The notes under the pieces were generated by a model. That model was not told the origin of the DNA and did not search any database. It was given only the letters and a program-made list of their open reading frames with translations. The translations under genes were made by a program, and so were the position numbers. Below are positions 14,171 to 26,990 of a DNA stretch of 64,000 nucleotides, piece by piece. The stretch's first letter is position 1, and each line of letters opens with the position of its first letter. The DNA comes from Balanoglossus misakiensis. Lineage: Eukaryota > Animalia > Hemichordata. The stretch lies in assembly GCA_040954595.2 (NCBI GenBank), contig CM082590.2, positions 744,001 to 808,000 on the forward strand, written 5' to 3'.

Positions 14171-15294
14171 TGGCCACTTCCTGTAAAAACTGATTGCTTC
14201 CTCAAGTCATGAGACAATGGAAATTAATACATGTTCCGGTCTAAGACCAATAAAACACAAAAGACTTTATTTGGACTGTGGGGTGGCGCGTCTACCCGGC
14301 GGCCCCCGTTGTTTTATCACCATAATGGAGACAAAAAAAATACTGGAGTACCTGTACAGTAGAAAAAGGTCTAACAGTACTGAAAGACTTTGACGCCAAA
14401 CGGAAACAATATAGCATATCGCCGTCCAGGAAAAACCCAGAGATAAAAACCTCTAATGCAAGGGGAAAAACTCTTGGAAACCTGTACCCTTATACAATGC
14501 TGATATGCTCACAGGTGAAGGGTAACACCGAAAAATCGTACAAAAGTGAGAACGGTACTTCACGTATGAATGGAATGTGCGAAAAAAAATGACAAAGCTG
14601 TAAAAGTTACTAACTATGCAAAATAACATTAGCAACTGCAAAAGCCATATATATATATATATAAAAAGAAAAAAACGGGGAAAACGTGTCGCTGGGTCGA
14701 AGACGCCCGATAATGGACTGCACTCTACTTACTGGCTTTTATGTATGGACTCACATTAGCATATTAACCCTCACAGGTGTGTACAGCCAACGCCAAGAAA
14801 ACATTTCTGTCCTAATTCGCTACGCTCAAACGAACAGAGATATGAATTCTTCATTCCATTATTCACCTCATGCACGCGCAATGTTAATCTATCTACGACG
14901 GATCACAACCACTTTCATCTTCGTTCAGGCATGGCAATTAGCGGACGAGATTAACAACTGAAATAATTATGCATATGTGACACCCACAGTGATATTCATA
15001 CATATTTTAATTCTCGTTATTTACGGGAGTTATGAGCTCGCGCGAACACATAGTAAAACAAGAGTCCACAGTCTATTGGAATCTACTACCAGTCTCTGTT
15101 TATCATAGCCATTCCAGTTAGAACCTCTTAAGTTCAATGATAGTTAAAATGTCGTTATTCAGTTATTACTTGAATAAAACCCAACCAAAAATGTACTTTT
15201 ACATTTTGATATTCTCACATTAATTTGTGATCCATTTATCACATTTGTAGGACATTTCATAATGAAAGAAAAGAAATATCCCTTCTCCGTATTG

Positions 15295-15590
15295 CAAATC
15301 AATCAATCAAAAACATTTATATGACGCCAATATCCAGATAACTGTTCAGTGGCGCCCAATGGTTGTTCACACATGTCACTGTAGGCTGTTTTAAACAAGT
15401 AAGTCTTCAGTTTCCCCTTAAAAGAGTCTAGACTGGTAGCTAGACGAATGTCATCAGGTAGTGAGTTCCAGAGGTTTGGAACAGCATAAGAAAATGCATG
15501 TCCTCCATAGTTGACTTGTTTGTAATGTGTCATAAGCTGCGTGAAGGGGTATATCGATTAACCATATCAGCAATGTACTCCGGGGTAAGG
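15295..15590 (-). mobile_element. 5'-truncated LINE (CR1/L2-group) 3' end
   Basis: YGGHAFSYAVPNLWNSLPDDIRLATSLDSFKGKLKTYLF is a typical ORF2 C-terminus, followed by a short 3' UTR and an (ATTG)n-like tail. Confidence 0.8.
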
Positions 15591-15871
15591 CCAAAACTCG
15601 TGTTTAATACTAAAACTCCAATCCTATAATTCATATGTATTTCCTTGTGGTTCACAATGGATTCAACGTATATATGATGTGTCCACCTCCTCGGTTGCTT
15701 TCACACAGTTAAATAGCATGTTTTAATTATGTGATCCGACAAAATTTTGAAAGAGATTTCGATAACAGCAGTACAACTATTTGCAGAAGAGGTAAAAGTT
15801 TCGCAACAACAAATCCAGCATCAATTTACATTAAAATGTCAATAAGCGTATTCCTGATAGACGACTGATGG

Positions 15872-17133
15872 TCAATACGGGGACGGTGGATATTCCTCGA
15901 TGATTATTCTGCACGTGCTCTTGTAGCAGAAATAGAGATCATGATAGCCATAGCCATTGCAATTTCCACAGTTGAAGGCGATGTTGTAGGAACCAGCGGC
16001 CAATCCATTGCAGAAACCTGTGAATACAGAGTCACCACCATGAAGAATAAGTTAACTTGCACAGCATTAAGTCAGATGACTACCCATATGCAGTGCGTGG
16101 TTATGACAATCCTTGGCCTTTCATGTAGAATTTTGAGAAAACAGTGTTACAATTTTGTTATTTTCTTGAAATGTCCATAGAATGTGCCAAAACAGGAGTA
16201 TTATTAACTAAAATAAAGAAAACACTATGTCACCATGATTAATTTTTGAAAGAGGTGTTCAAGTATTTTCACTTCAGGAAAACTATACAGTGAGAGTGCG
16301 AGAAAAATGCTGACTCAGCATTGTACACAATATATAAGACCCTTAACTGAAAAAGTAGCATGGGAAAACCCTGTTTTCTCTCTACATTTGTTTTAACATT
16401 CATTGATAAACAATATATAACAATCGGAAGGGTAACAATGTTCTAAATTATGAGAAGTCATCTACCTTAATCCAAATATCCAAACATAGACCTACCGTTG
16501 ACTACCCTTGGCCTGTGCAAATTGACGGATGTACCCATGCCACCAGTGTATACCACGCCCTCTATCGTCAGTGGATTGCTACATTCGGCGCCATTGAAAG
16601 TGAAGTACCACCTACCACAACTTCCGTCACCTCCAGCTAATCTCATATCACCCATGAACTTCACAAATAACGATGTGTCATCGTACTCCTTGGTGAAACT
16701 ACACGTCTTCAAGAGAAAGAAGAAGAGAAAGTGAAGAAGCTTTCACTAAACATGCAGGCTAGATCTAACCCTGCAGCCATTTTTCTTGAGTAAGATTTCA
16801 CATCCGACCAGGCGAATACACTTCTGAAAACATTTCTTGTTAGTTTCCTTAATCATTGGCACACTCACCATTCTATTTTATAATCTACTTGGGTATTAGT
16901 TCACAGATTACCCCAACCGTTAATCCCATACATGTTCATATATGTCACACTTTCATATATGTTCCTTCTTATCTATGTTCATTAATGCTTTTACAGTATG
17001 GTTAGTATGAATATCGGAATCAGAAATGAATGAATGAAATAAAAATAGACTTAATCATTATACATTGATTGATAAGTAATAAGAAATACATGAATAAATT
17101 TGCCTAAATAGATGGATGGATTTGATTTGGGCC

Positions 17134-17196
<63 letters not shown>

Positions 17197-19427
17197 AAAT
17201 AAACTGACCACTAGTGTTCCAGAATCCCGTCCATCAGATAAATCATTCCATACGCATTGTCTCCAATTTGTTGTTGTGGGTGCTGGATCACCTTCATCTC
17301 CTGGAGGACCAGCTGGTCCTGGTGGTCCCGGTGGGCCAGGCATTCCTGATTCACATGGCTGGAAATGAGGAAATATGTCATATATTTAAGTACAATAATT
17401 ATTATTATGCAATGTATTAAAGCTTATAGGGAGTTCCAAGAAACCAACTTAAAAAATATAAATCATTGGTGGTACCAGGTGTCCGAATAGCATACTACTT
17501 CTGTAAAGAAAAATATTAAAAGTGTAATTTGGCTTACAAACCCAACTATTGTTGTGGTTAATCTCCAGGAATTTTATATTTCGTCGGATGAGTCGGAAAT
17601 GTGTCATAATTGGAAACGGCATCCTTATATCTATCACGAATAGGAAACATGACCAGGGAGCTTTCATTCGTTGCAAACGGGAGTAAATTCGGGTCGGTCT
17701 GTCACCTAAATTGTGACCCACCCTCAAAAGTCTAGAAACATTATATGATGAGCTATAGTTCACAAAATACAACTTTCAGCGTGAAGTCGCGTGCGCTGGA
17801 TTGCACCATAAGGCGTTCTAATTTTGACTTGTCATTTTAATTTATTCATAATTCATTCTTATTGCAACGATATACTATTATATACTTCAATTACTTTAAG
17901 AAATTTAGAATTGAGGTGTGGGAAGCCTCATTCCCTTTATTGCATACAGTGTACATAGGATCAGGACGGCGAATGTTTTCGGCGTGGGGGGGGGGGTCTT
18001 CATAATTTTGGGTCTGTCAAAGGGGGGGGGGGTCATCATTTTTTGGTCCTGGGTGAAGGGGGGGGGGGTCGGCCTGATTTTGGTCAAATTTGATTGGCGT
18101 ACGTGGCATATGAAAAAAAGCCTTAGGGATTTTTGTGAACGGTACAAAATCCCAGTGTACAAAAACATTGGATTTTTAGCATTCGATCCAGTTAACCGCT
18201 GCTTTGCCGTGTTAGCGTGGCGGCCTATGACCGGGCGGTAGGTGCCGTAACCATACTTGGACAGGGCATGGCAGGGGTGTGCACACAATCGTGCGTATTT
18301 TCAACTAGTTACAAGCCCCTTGTCGGACGTTCATAGCGGTGTCGTTCAAAATTGAGCGTAGTGTCCTATAAAGGCCCATAGCAACGGACAAAAAGATACG
18401 GGTGCCCCATCTTAATGATGAGGACCTTAAAGGATAGGGAGAAGTTTTGAAGTGTTTCATTTTTTGGGAAAGTATGTGATATTTGGTAGCTCAAGAGCTT
18501 TAGGGACCATTCATTCAGTTTTCACGGCTAGGGGGCGGCAAAATTGTGTCATCGGTTTTCAAAATCAGGCAGACCCAGGACCAAAAAATGATGACCCCCC
18601 CCCCCCGCAAAAAACAACAACATTACACAACTACACTTGTGGAGGAAAAAGGCTTGTTTCCAAAAGCCTGCTAGCCGTCCTTATCTTATGTACACCGTAT
18701 GCAATAAATGGAAAGAGGCTCCCTATACCCTAATTATACTTGTTAAAAGAAATGTATAATGAGGTGTATAATAGTATAGTGTTGTAATAAAGAAGTCTAC
18801 GAATAAAGTAAAATGACAAGTCAATACAAGAAGTGAGGGGTGGGTGTGGGAGGGGGTGTCCCCTCCGACATAAGATAATTTTGTAAAATACGGAGCTCAA
18901 AGTTGCATTTTAATGAACAAAACAGCAAATTATTTGGGAAGGACAAATTTTACTTTTGCCACTCAAAGTTAGCATCGGTGGGGTTGCAAGGCAAGTACTC
19001 TGCCCTGGTACACTAGACAAACCAGCCAATAAATGAAATTTGGCGAAGAATGAAGGGGGTGGGTTGTCCCTTTCGACATTAGAAAATTTGGTAAAATAAA
19101 GGGCTCGAAACTGCATTTTGTGGAATAAAAAGCAGAAGTTGGGGGGGGGGGGCAAAAGTATGTGACCCCCTGCACGTTTTGAAAAAAAGATGACCCACTT
19201 TTGCATTTCAAAATTTTAAGTGACCTCCCCCCTTGATTTTGTCCCCCCCCCCCAGTCGTAAAACTTAAAAGGATGCTGTCACGAACCCCACCAGCTACCT
19301 GTAATGTAAGATACAATGACATTTATGATAATTTTACCTTCATGACGTCCGTCTTTTTGTAGAAACCGTGTCCATACTTTATATGCAGTGCTACAGAAAG
19401 CAATACCACAACAATCCTGTTATTCAT
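15872..19427 (-). CDS. CTHRC1: CTHRC1-like secreted protein, copy 2 (4 exons, ~198 aa)
   Basis: Exons 19427-19338 (MNNRIVVVLLSVALHIKYGHG.., signal-like), 17358-17209 (GMPGPPGPPGPAGPPGDEGDP..NWRQC), 16706-16496 (TCSFTK..RWYFTFNGAECSNPLTIEG..NLHR) and 16017-15872 (GFCNGL..RIIIEEYPPSPY*). Introns are GT-AG with the same phases as copy 1; exon 2 is 150 nt in both copies. Confidence 0.9.
17135..17196. repeat. (TAAA)n microsatellite
   Basis: Perfect array beside the exon-2 donor of CTHRC1-like copy 2. Confidence 0.95.
17820..19275. mobile_element. Two degraded copies (17820-18085 inverted partial; 18503-19275) of the GGGACC-TIR MITE family seen intact at 51234
   Basis: Shared blocks gtgtcatcggttttcaaaatcaggc, ccaaaaaatgatgaccccccc and aaagtatgtgacccc. 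Confidence 0.75.
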
Positions 19428-20962
19428 GGTTTGGTAAAAGTATAGCTGCCGACATAAACGAACCGAATATGAAGTCTTTTCGAGAAAGGGTTCCCTCCTG
19501 CGTAAGTCTAAGCTGTTCTTTTACACATCGGCACCCTTCTGGAAAGGAAAGGTTCAATGCCTTCCAGTACCACAATTATCTCAAACTAAATATTGATCAA
19601 GGATAAGAAACTGGTCATTTTTTATTTTCATTCTATTGGACGATCTGAAATGTGACATCGTTTGAAACCACCCATACACTTTATTTAAATCTTAATTCGT
19701 CCGAATAAAGAAATTAGGTCGAAATAGGGATACAAACATCTCATGTTTGTTAACATGTTTGTCACGTGTCATTACAATTCTTTTCAGAAGATCCGTTGTC
19801 TTAATTTGGAATTACTAATACAAGGACATTTTGCATATGTGACGTAACAAATGATTGCCATCTGTTGAATAATTGATTATGTTGAAAAAAATCCATATGT
19901 TGCTTTGTTAGGTAATAAAGGTAGTCGATACATTATTTCGCAGTTGCAAATCGATTGAATTGAGGTGAAATGAAGATTGATGCTTATGGACATATGTTTA
20001 CGTATTCAACACGTTCGTCAAATATTGCAGGCTGCTTCGAAAGGTTGCTCTGGACATCGCAGGAACACCACACTATTAAAGGGGGTGGTCGGGTCGTCTG
20101 AACTGCAAATGTACACTTTTTATGTTTATAAACACACCGTCGACATTGTTCCCACTGTTCAGGGAGGCCGTGCCAACCAATACACCATTACATGTTATGT
20201 CAAAGTAACTTGGAATGATAAAATGTAACCAAGCCTTATTTAACGTGATGTACAGTGTAAAAGAAAGTGACAACCGCATTGTCCAAAAGATGTACATAGC
20301 AACAACCAGATTGTTTCCGATGATGTAGAAAGTAACGACCACACTGTCAACCTTGATGTATATTGTGGTAGTTACACTGAGTATCTACTTTGACTTCCTA
20401 GCGGCTGTAACGTATAGGACCCCTTCCCGTAGCCACTTATGGGACGACACCCAAACTTGAAACTTTCACCCACGCTTTGTGAAAAGAACATTTCATTATG
20501 TCAACGTATCAGTAATTATCAGTGGAATTAAAAATATATCAGACAGAGTAAGAAAATTTAACGTAAGGCACAGAACTGAGTGAAAGAAAGAAGCGATTTT
20601 TCGATAATTACTGAAATGACTACAACACACAAGCTGGCATCACAGAGCAGCAGCAAAGGATTGTGGGATTAAAGGACGGTCGGCTGTGATGTAAGATGGG
20701 CACCTTACTCAACATTGCTTCTCTCCCCACCCTACAATGGGTATATGTAGGACAGAGATTGTAACTGCGAGTGATTTTCTCTGCTATACCTATTATGATA
20801 ATAATAATTATGATGAATTATTATGATAATAAATAATAATAAAAACTTCATTGTTTAAAACAAGTGTCGAAAATTGTCTTGAAGTCAATCACCAAAGTTA
20901 ATAATAAGAATAAAAATATAAAGTGATAAAATTGAATATGATAAAAGTGGTAAATACGAAGT

Positions 20963-21080
<118 letters not shown>

Positions 21081-21133
21081 CAATTATTCAATGTTTCTAA
21101 TGCGAATTTGGTTTATATTTTTGTCGTGTCAGA

Positions 21134-21330
21134 AATAGAATTTCACACACCAAGGACCTGGGATCCTATTTCTCACATTCATCAGGGATATTTTGTCCCA
21201 CACAAGCCACAGCTCATATAGGACAAAAAATCCCCAACGTATGTGAGAAATACGATCGCAGGTGCTTGGGAGTGTTAGATTCTATTAATCCCACACTCTC
21301 AATCCCACACTCCCAGCAGCCAGGAGTGTG
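21134..21330. mobile_element. Palindromic non-autonomous element (long hairpin plus a small second inverted repeat)
   Basis: aatagaat..attctatt imperfect palindrome at 21134-21286, followed by cacactcc..ggagtgtg. Confidence 0.6.
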
Positions 21331-21801
21331 CATATAAAGGCACACACAGGCACAAATACCAGTACTGTGCATGGGTGTTTTCAAATTGGCTGTTTACTCT
21401 ATAAGTTCACTCCAGAATATGTCTTCATTTGTCAGTGTTATAGACATATCATGTTGTGCTACATACGTACTGGTACAAGTACATGCATATACATAAAAAT
21501 GTGCACATGTGGATACAAACATTCAAAAAGAACCCCTAATGTTGTGTAATATTGTAGCACTAAAAGTGAAAGGGTCTTCGCGTGGCATTACGTTGTTGAT
21601 AGACATTAAAATTCACCCACAAAATCCCTGAAATAAGAAAATTTTTAGAGCAACTGAAGATCCTAGTAGGTGGGGTTTGCGTTGGTGTGGGAGGACATAT
21701 TCTCTTCAAGGGGGACACTCACGTGGGGCGACAACCCCTTCCTTTTAAACATCATATGAAAGCACGCATAACAAAGAGATCAGAACAACCAAAGCTACTT
21801 A

Positions 21802-22557
21802 GGCTGCATTCACAAACACCTCTGGAGGGGGGGGCAGGAGAATTGAGGGGGGATTTGAAAAAAATGAGGGTATGTAAGGGGGGGATTTGAAATAATTTAA
21901 CGACTAAATATTTATTTTGAACCACAAAAATGCAGTTTCGCGCCCTTTATTTTACAAAATTTTCTAATGTGGGAGGGGGACACCCACCCCCTCCATTCAT
22001 CAACACCTTTCAATCATTGACTGGTTTATCTAGTGTCCCAGGTCAGGGGACTTGCCCCCACCCCATGATAACTTTGAGCGGCGACGGTTAAATTTGTCCT
22101 CCCCAACATACCGGTAGTTGAGTCAATTTGCTTTTGCCGGGTTCATTAAAATGCAGCTTTGAGCTCTGTATTTTAGAAAATTTTCTTACGTGGGAGGGGA
22201 CCACCCCCTCCCAAACCCACCCCCTTCAATTCTCGGTTTACAAAGTCTCCAAACACAGAATACAAATATATGTACTTAAAAAATAAAAACAATGTGCAGT
22301 TTTAATACCCACTGATGAGGGGAAACATCAGTTTCAAATTCTTTTCATGGGAGCGCTGTTTTTCTTTTTACAGGATAGATAGGTGATGTGTTTTGCTCTG
22401 TGAAAGAAAATGGGAGGGGGGATTTCAAAATTTTGGCAGTTCGGAAAGGGGGGATTTGAAAATATTGGCAGCTCGGAAGGGGGGCATGTGAAAATTAGCG
22501 GTAAAAAAATTGAATTCTCCCGCCCCCCCCCCTCCAGAGGTGTTTGTGAATGCAGCC
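21802..22557. mobile_element. PIF/Harbinger-type MITE
   Basis: TIR GGCTGCATTCACAAACACCTCTGGAGGGGGG at both ends, with TTA duplicated on both flanks. Confidence 0.88.
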
Positions 22558-22772
22558 TTACATTGGGCTTTTCTGGAGGATCTTCTAGAGGATCCCTGGC
22601 CTAGTTCAAATTATACAAAATAACAGAATTAGCAAATCCTTGAAACTAAAATGTTGAAAACTGTCAATGTTATGCCATGCCATTTTGGTCAAGGACACAT
22701 TTACCGCATATAGAACGATGGATCAAGTACATTATAAAACCCAATATTAGCACATTTTTTAAGGACCACTAT

Positions 22773-23118
22773 ACACATGATGACTGACAATGAGGGCAAC
22801 AGTGTATTTTGATGACCGAGGGCGCTGCTAGTCACAACTAAAACAGTCTTGTTTTCCCGAGGGCATAGCCCGAGGGAAAACAGACTGTTTTGGTGTGACT
22901 TGCAGTCCCGAGGTCATCAAAAATACACTGTTGCCCTCATTGTCAGTCATCATGTGTTTTATAACACACCAAACGCAACACACACCATATCCAGGCAACA
23001 GTACCACGCAGAAACTGATCGAACTCATGCCCTAGGGAACAGTTCGAAATGACGAAGGTCACGTGACGGTGTATTGACGAATCACGGTCGAGGGTTCGCT
23101 GCATGGTGTGTTATAAAA
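22773..23118. mobile_element. Palindromic non-autonomous element (possibly Crypton-type)
   Basis: ~185-bp palindrome centred near cccgagggcatagcccgaggg, then a second inverted repeat ttttataacacacc..ggtgtgttataaaa enclosing cacgtgac and gaatcacg. The family assignment is inference. Confidence 0.7.
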
Positions 23119-23287
23119 ATAGTTGATGCCTATCTTTCTGCAGATGACAGGCTAGTATGCTAGCAGAACTCGCGTTACTACATGATTTTGTACATTGAGT
23201 TTTTTACAATGCCAAAATTTAGCTTTTTAAAAATACCAATTTTTCCTATATGTTGCTTTAACTGTTCACGCGTGAGCATATTAGTCC

Positions 23288-26200
23288 AGGAGCTAGGTGC
23301 CGTTAATCAGAATTTTTGGTGAGGAAGGTTTGAGAAGTCCATTCTATGTAAAAAATGGTGCTGATTCCAAAACAGTCAGTCTTATTGACCCCACTCAAGA
23401 CAAAATTGCCATTTTGGCCATTTTAAACCCAAAAATGGTCTTTTTTAGAAAACACTAAAAACACACTGTTTTCGTCACATTCTGAGATCTGATGACATAT
23501 AATATGCTTATTCTATGTAAAATTTGGTGACTATTACGAAAAAAGTAGCCCGATTAACCCAAAACAACACAAAATTGCCTTTTTGACCATTTTTTGCCCA
23601 AAAAACGCCATTTTTAGAAAACACTCAAAATTTATATATTTTCTTCACTTTCGGAGATCTGATAATGTATTATATGCCCACCCTATGTAAAATTTGGTGA
23701 TTATTCCAAAAAAGCAGATTTATTGACCCAACCTAGTGCAAAAATGTCCTTTTTGAAAATTTTTGCCCAAAAAGGCCATTTTTAGAAAAAAATTTAAGAA
23801 CAAACTTTTCTTCATAAAGGTCAGAGATCATGTGATATATGAAATGTTCATCCTGTGTAAAAAATGGTGCTGATTCCAGAAATAGTAGTCTTATTGATCC
23901 TACTCAAGAAAAAATGCCATTTTTGCCACTTTTTGCCCCAAAAACGTCATTTTCAGAAAACACTCAAAATTTATATATTTTCTTCACTTTCAGAGATCTG
24001 ATAATGTATTATATGCCCACTATATGTGAAAAATTTCCAAAAAGCAGTTTTATTGATGCCACTCAAGATAAAAGTGCCTTTTTGGCAAGTTTTTGCCCAA
24101 AAAGTGTCATTTCTAGAAAACACCAAAAACTTTTATATTTTCTTCATTTTCGGAGATGATGATGTATTATATACCCACTCTATGTATAGAATGGGCTTTT
24201 ATTTATAATAAGATCACCGAAAGTGAAGAAAAGAGAATGCTATTAATATATTCTTAAAAAAACAATTTTGTGCAAAACTTAGCCAAAAAGGCGATTTCAT
24301 CATGGCATTTCTGGAAACAACACTTTTCACACATCATAGAATCTCCAAATAAGAAGAAAACAGTTTGTTTTTAATGATTTTCGAAAAGTGGCTTTTTGGG
24401 CAAAAACTTGTCAAAAAACACTGTTTTCTTGAGTCGCGCCAGTATTGAAACGTTGTTACTGTTCCAAAAACGGAAGTCTTACTTACCCTATTCAATTGAA
24501 ATTTGTAATTTCGGCCACTTTTTTGGTCACAAATGTTCATTAAAAACAAGCATACTAAAAACAAATTGTTTTCTTCATATTCAGAGATCTGATCATGTAT
24601 GAAAAGTCCATTCTGTGTAAAATTTGGTGACTATTCCAAAAACGGCAGTCTGGTTGGCCCCACTCTAGTCAAAATTGCCTTTTTGGCTATTTGTAGCCAA
24701 AAATAGATCTACTCAAGAAAAATTTATCCTTTTGGCCATTTTGTACCGAGAAAATGTTTGTATTTGGAGTTTTTGCAAAATTAGCCCAAGTTGAACTCAT
24801 AATGATGATGAAACAGCGTCGAGAGGAAAAGAAGTTACGAATTGAACAAAACTCGCGTCGATGAATGTAAACACCGGGACCAAGCTCTAAACATGATACA
24901 GATGACAAAAGACAGACATTGCACATTGCCCAAATATTCCCATACAGCAGTTCCAAATTAAAACGTCAAGGAATTTAAGTGTTTTTATTATGTTTATTTG
25001 GTTTAAGCCCACATTTTCCCTGCTGCGTGCTAGTTCAGGGGCCAGTTTAAGCAGCGCTCTATTGAGTATTCTAGCATCGTCGGGTGCACTCCTGTCCAAT
25101 CAGTATGACGGAGGTATCATGATATAAATTATAATATAATTTCTGATTTTGTATTCAGATTGAAGAGAATAAATTTCAACAATCTCTCCCGAGCTGGCAT
25201 ATCTGAACCTAAATATTTCACACCACGCATAATCGACTTATAGTAGACAGTGCGTGTACATGTACATGGATCATCTTATTGTTAAGTTCAGTTTTGGGCT
25301 AAATGTGCCAAATTGTGGCAACCCTGTCTTCAATATCATCAATTTAATTGATATTATATGGTTATGGCGTTTTAAATATGCATATACAACATCAGAACAC
25401 AAAAGGCAAAAACATCAACTATATTTTTTTTCTGAAAATGCCTATTGTTGACCAAAAGATGGCTAAATGGCAATTTTGTACTTAGCGGGGTGTCTCAATA
25501 AGACCGTTGTGCTGGTATCAGCATATTTTTTGCACACACACACAAAAAAAAAACAAAAAAAAAAAAACGAATTTACATACATCACAAGGGCTCTGAATAT
25601 GAAGGAATAAGTTTGTTTTTACAGTTATCTTTTTGAGCAAACAGGCCAAAATGGTATTTTTTCCCTCTGTGGGGTCAGTAAGAGTGGGGTTTTTAAATGT
25701 CACTACTTTTATTTATCATTAGATCACCAAATGGCATATTTTCGTATTTTCTAGAAATGACATTTTTGGGCAAAAACTTGCCAAAAAGGCACTCTTATCT
25801 TGAGTGGCATCAATAAAACTGCTTTTTGGAAATTTTTCACATATTGTGGGCATATAATACATTATCAGATGTCCGAAAGTGAAGAAAATATATAAATTTT
25901 GAGTGTTTTCTGAAAATGACGTTTTTGGGGCAAAAATTGGCAAAAATGGCATTTTTTCTTGAGTAGGATCAATAAGACTGCTATTTCTGGAATCAGCACC
26001 ATTTTTTACATAGGATGAACATTTCATATATCACATGATCTCTGAGCTTTATGAAGAAAAGTTTGTTTTTAATTTTTTTCTTCTAAAAATGGCCTTTTTG
26101 GGCAAAAACTTTCCAAAAGGGCATTTTTGCATTAGATTGGGTCAATAAATCTGCTTTTTTGGAATAATCACCAAATTTTACATAGGGTGGGCATATAATA

Positions 26201-26990
26201 CATTATCATATCTCCGAAAGTAAGAAAATATATAAATTTTGAGTTTTTTCTAAAAATGACGTTTTTGGGCAAAAAGTGGCAAAAAAGGCATTTTTTCTTG
26301 AGAAGGGTCAATAAGACTGCTATTTCTGGAATAAGCACAATTTTTTACATAGAATGGACATTTCATATATCCAATGATCTCTGAATATGAAGAACACAAT
26401 TTGTTTTTAGTTTTTTTTTGTAAAAATGACCTTTTTTGACCTCAAAAGGTGGTCAAAAATTGCATTCTTGTATTGATTGAGGTCAAAAAGACTGCTTTAT
26501 TTTTTAAAGTCACCACTTTTAACATAGAATTGACTTTCCATATATCACCAGATCAATCATTATAAAGAAAATCGTGTGTTTTAAATTTTTTCTAAAAATG
26601 AATTTTTTGGGGCAAAAAATGGTCAAAAAGGCAATTTTGTGTTGTTTTGGGTTAATCGGGCTACTTTTTTCGTAATATTCACCAGATTTTACATAGAATA
26701 AGCATATCATCTGTCATCAGATCTCAGAATGTGACGAAAACAGTGTGTTTTTAGTGTTTTCTAAAAAAGACCATTTTTGGGTTAAAAATGGCCAAAATGA
26801 CAAATTTGTCTTGAGTGGGGTAGTGTTTTCTAAAAAAGACCATTTTTGGGTTAAAAATGGCCAAAATGGCAATTTTGTCTTGAGTGGGGTCAATAAGACT
26901 GACTTTTTTGGAATCAGCATCATTTTTTACATAGAATGGACTGCTCAAACCTTCCTCACCAAAAATTCTGATTAACGGCACCTATCTCCT
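23288..26990. mobile_element. Foldback-type element with ~1-kb modular inverted arms
   Basis: aggagctaggtgccgttaatcagaatttttggtgaggaagg is mirrored at 26940-26990. The arms are tandem AT-rich subrepeats; ORFs 23839+ and 26027- translate almost identically on opposite strands. No TSD was resolved. Confidence 0.85.

Noticed and set aside
23839-26981. Several similar 60-106 aa ORFs
   Set aside because: They are chance frames in the repeated arms of the foldback element.
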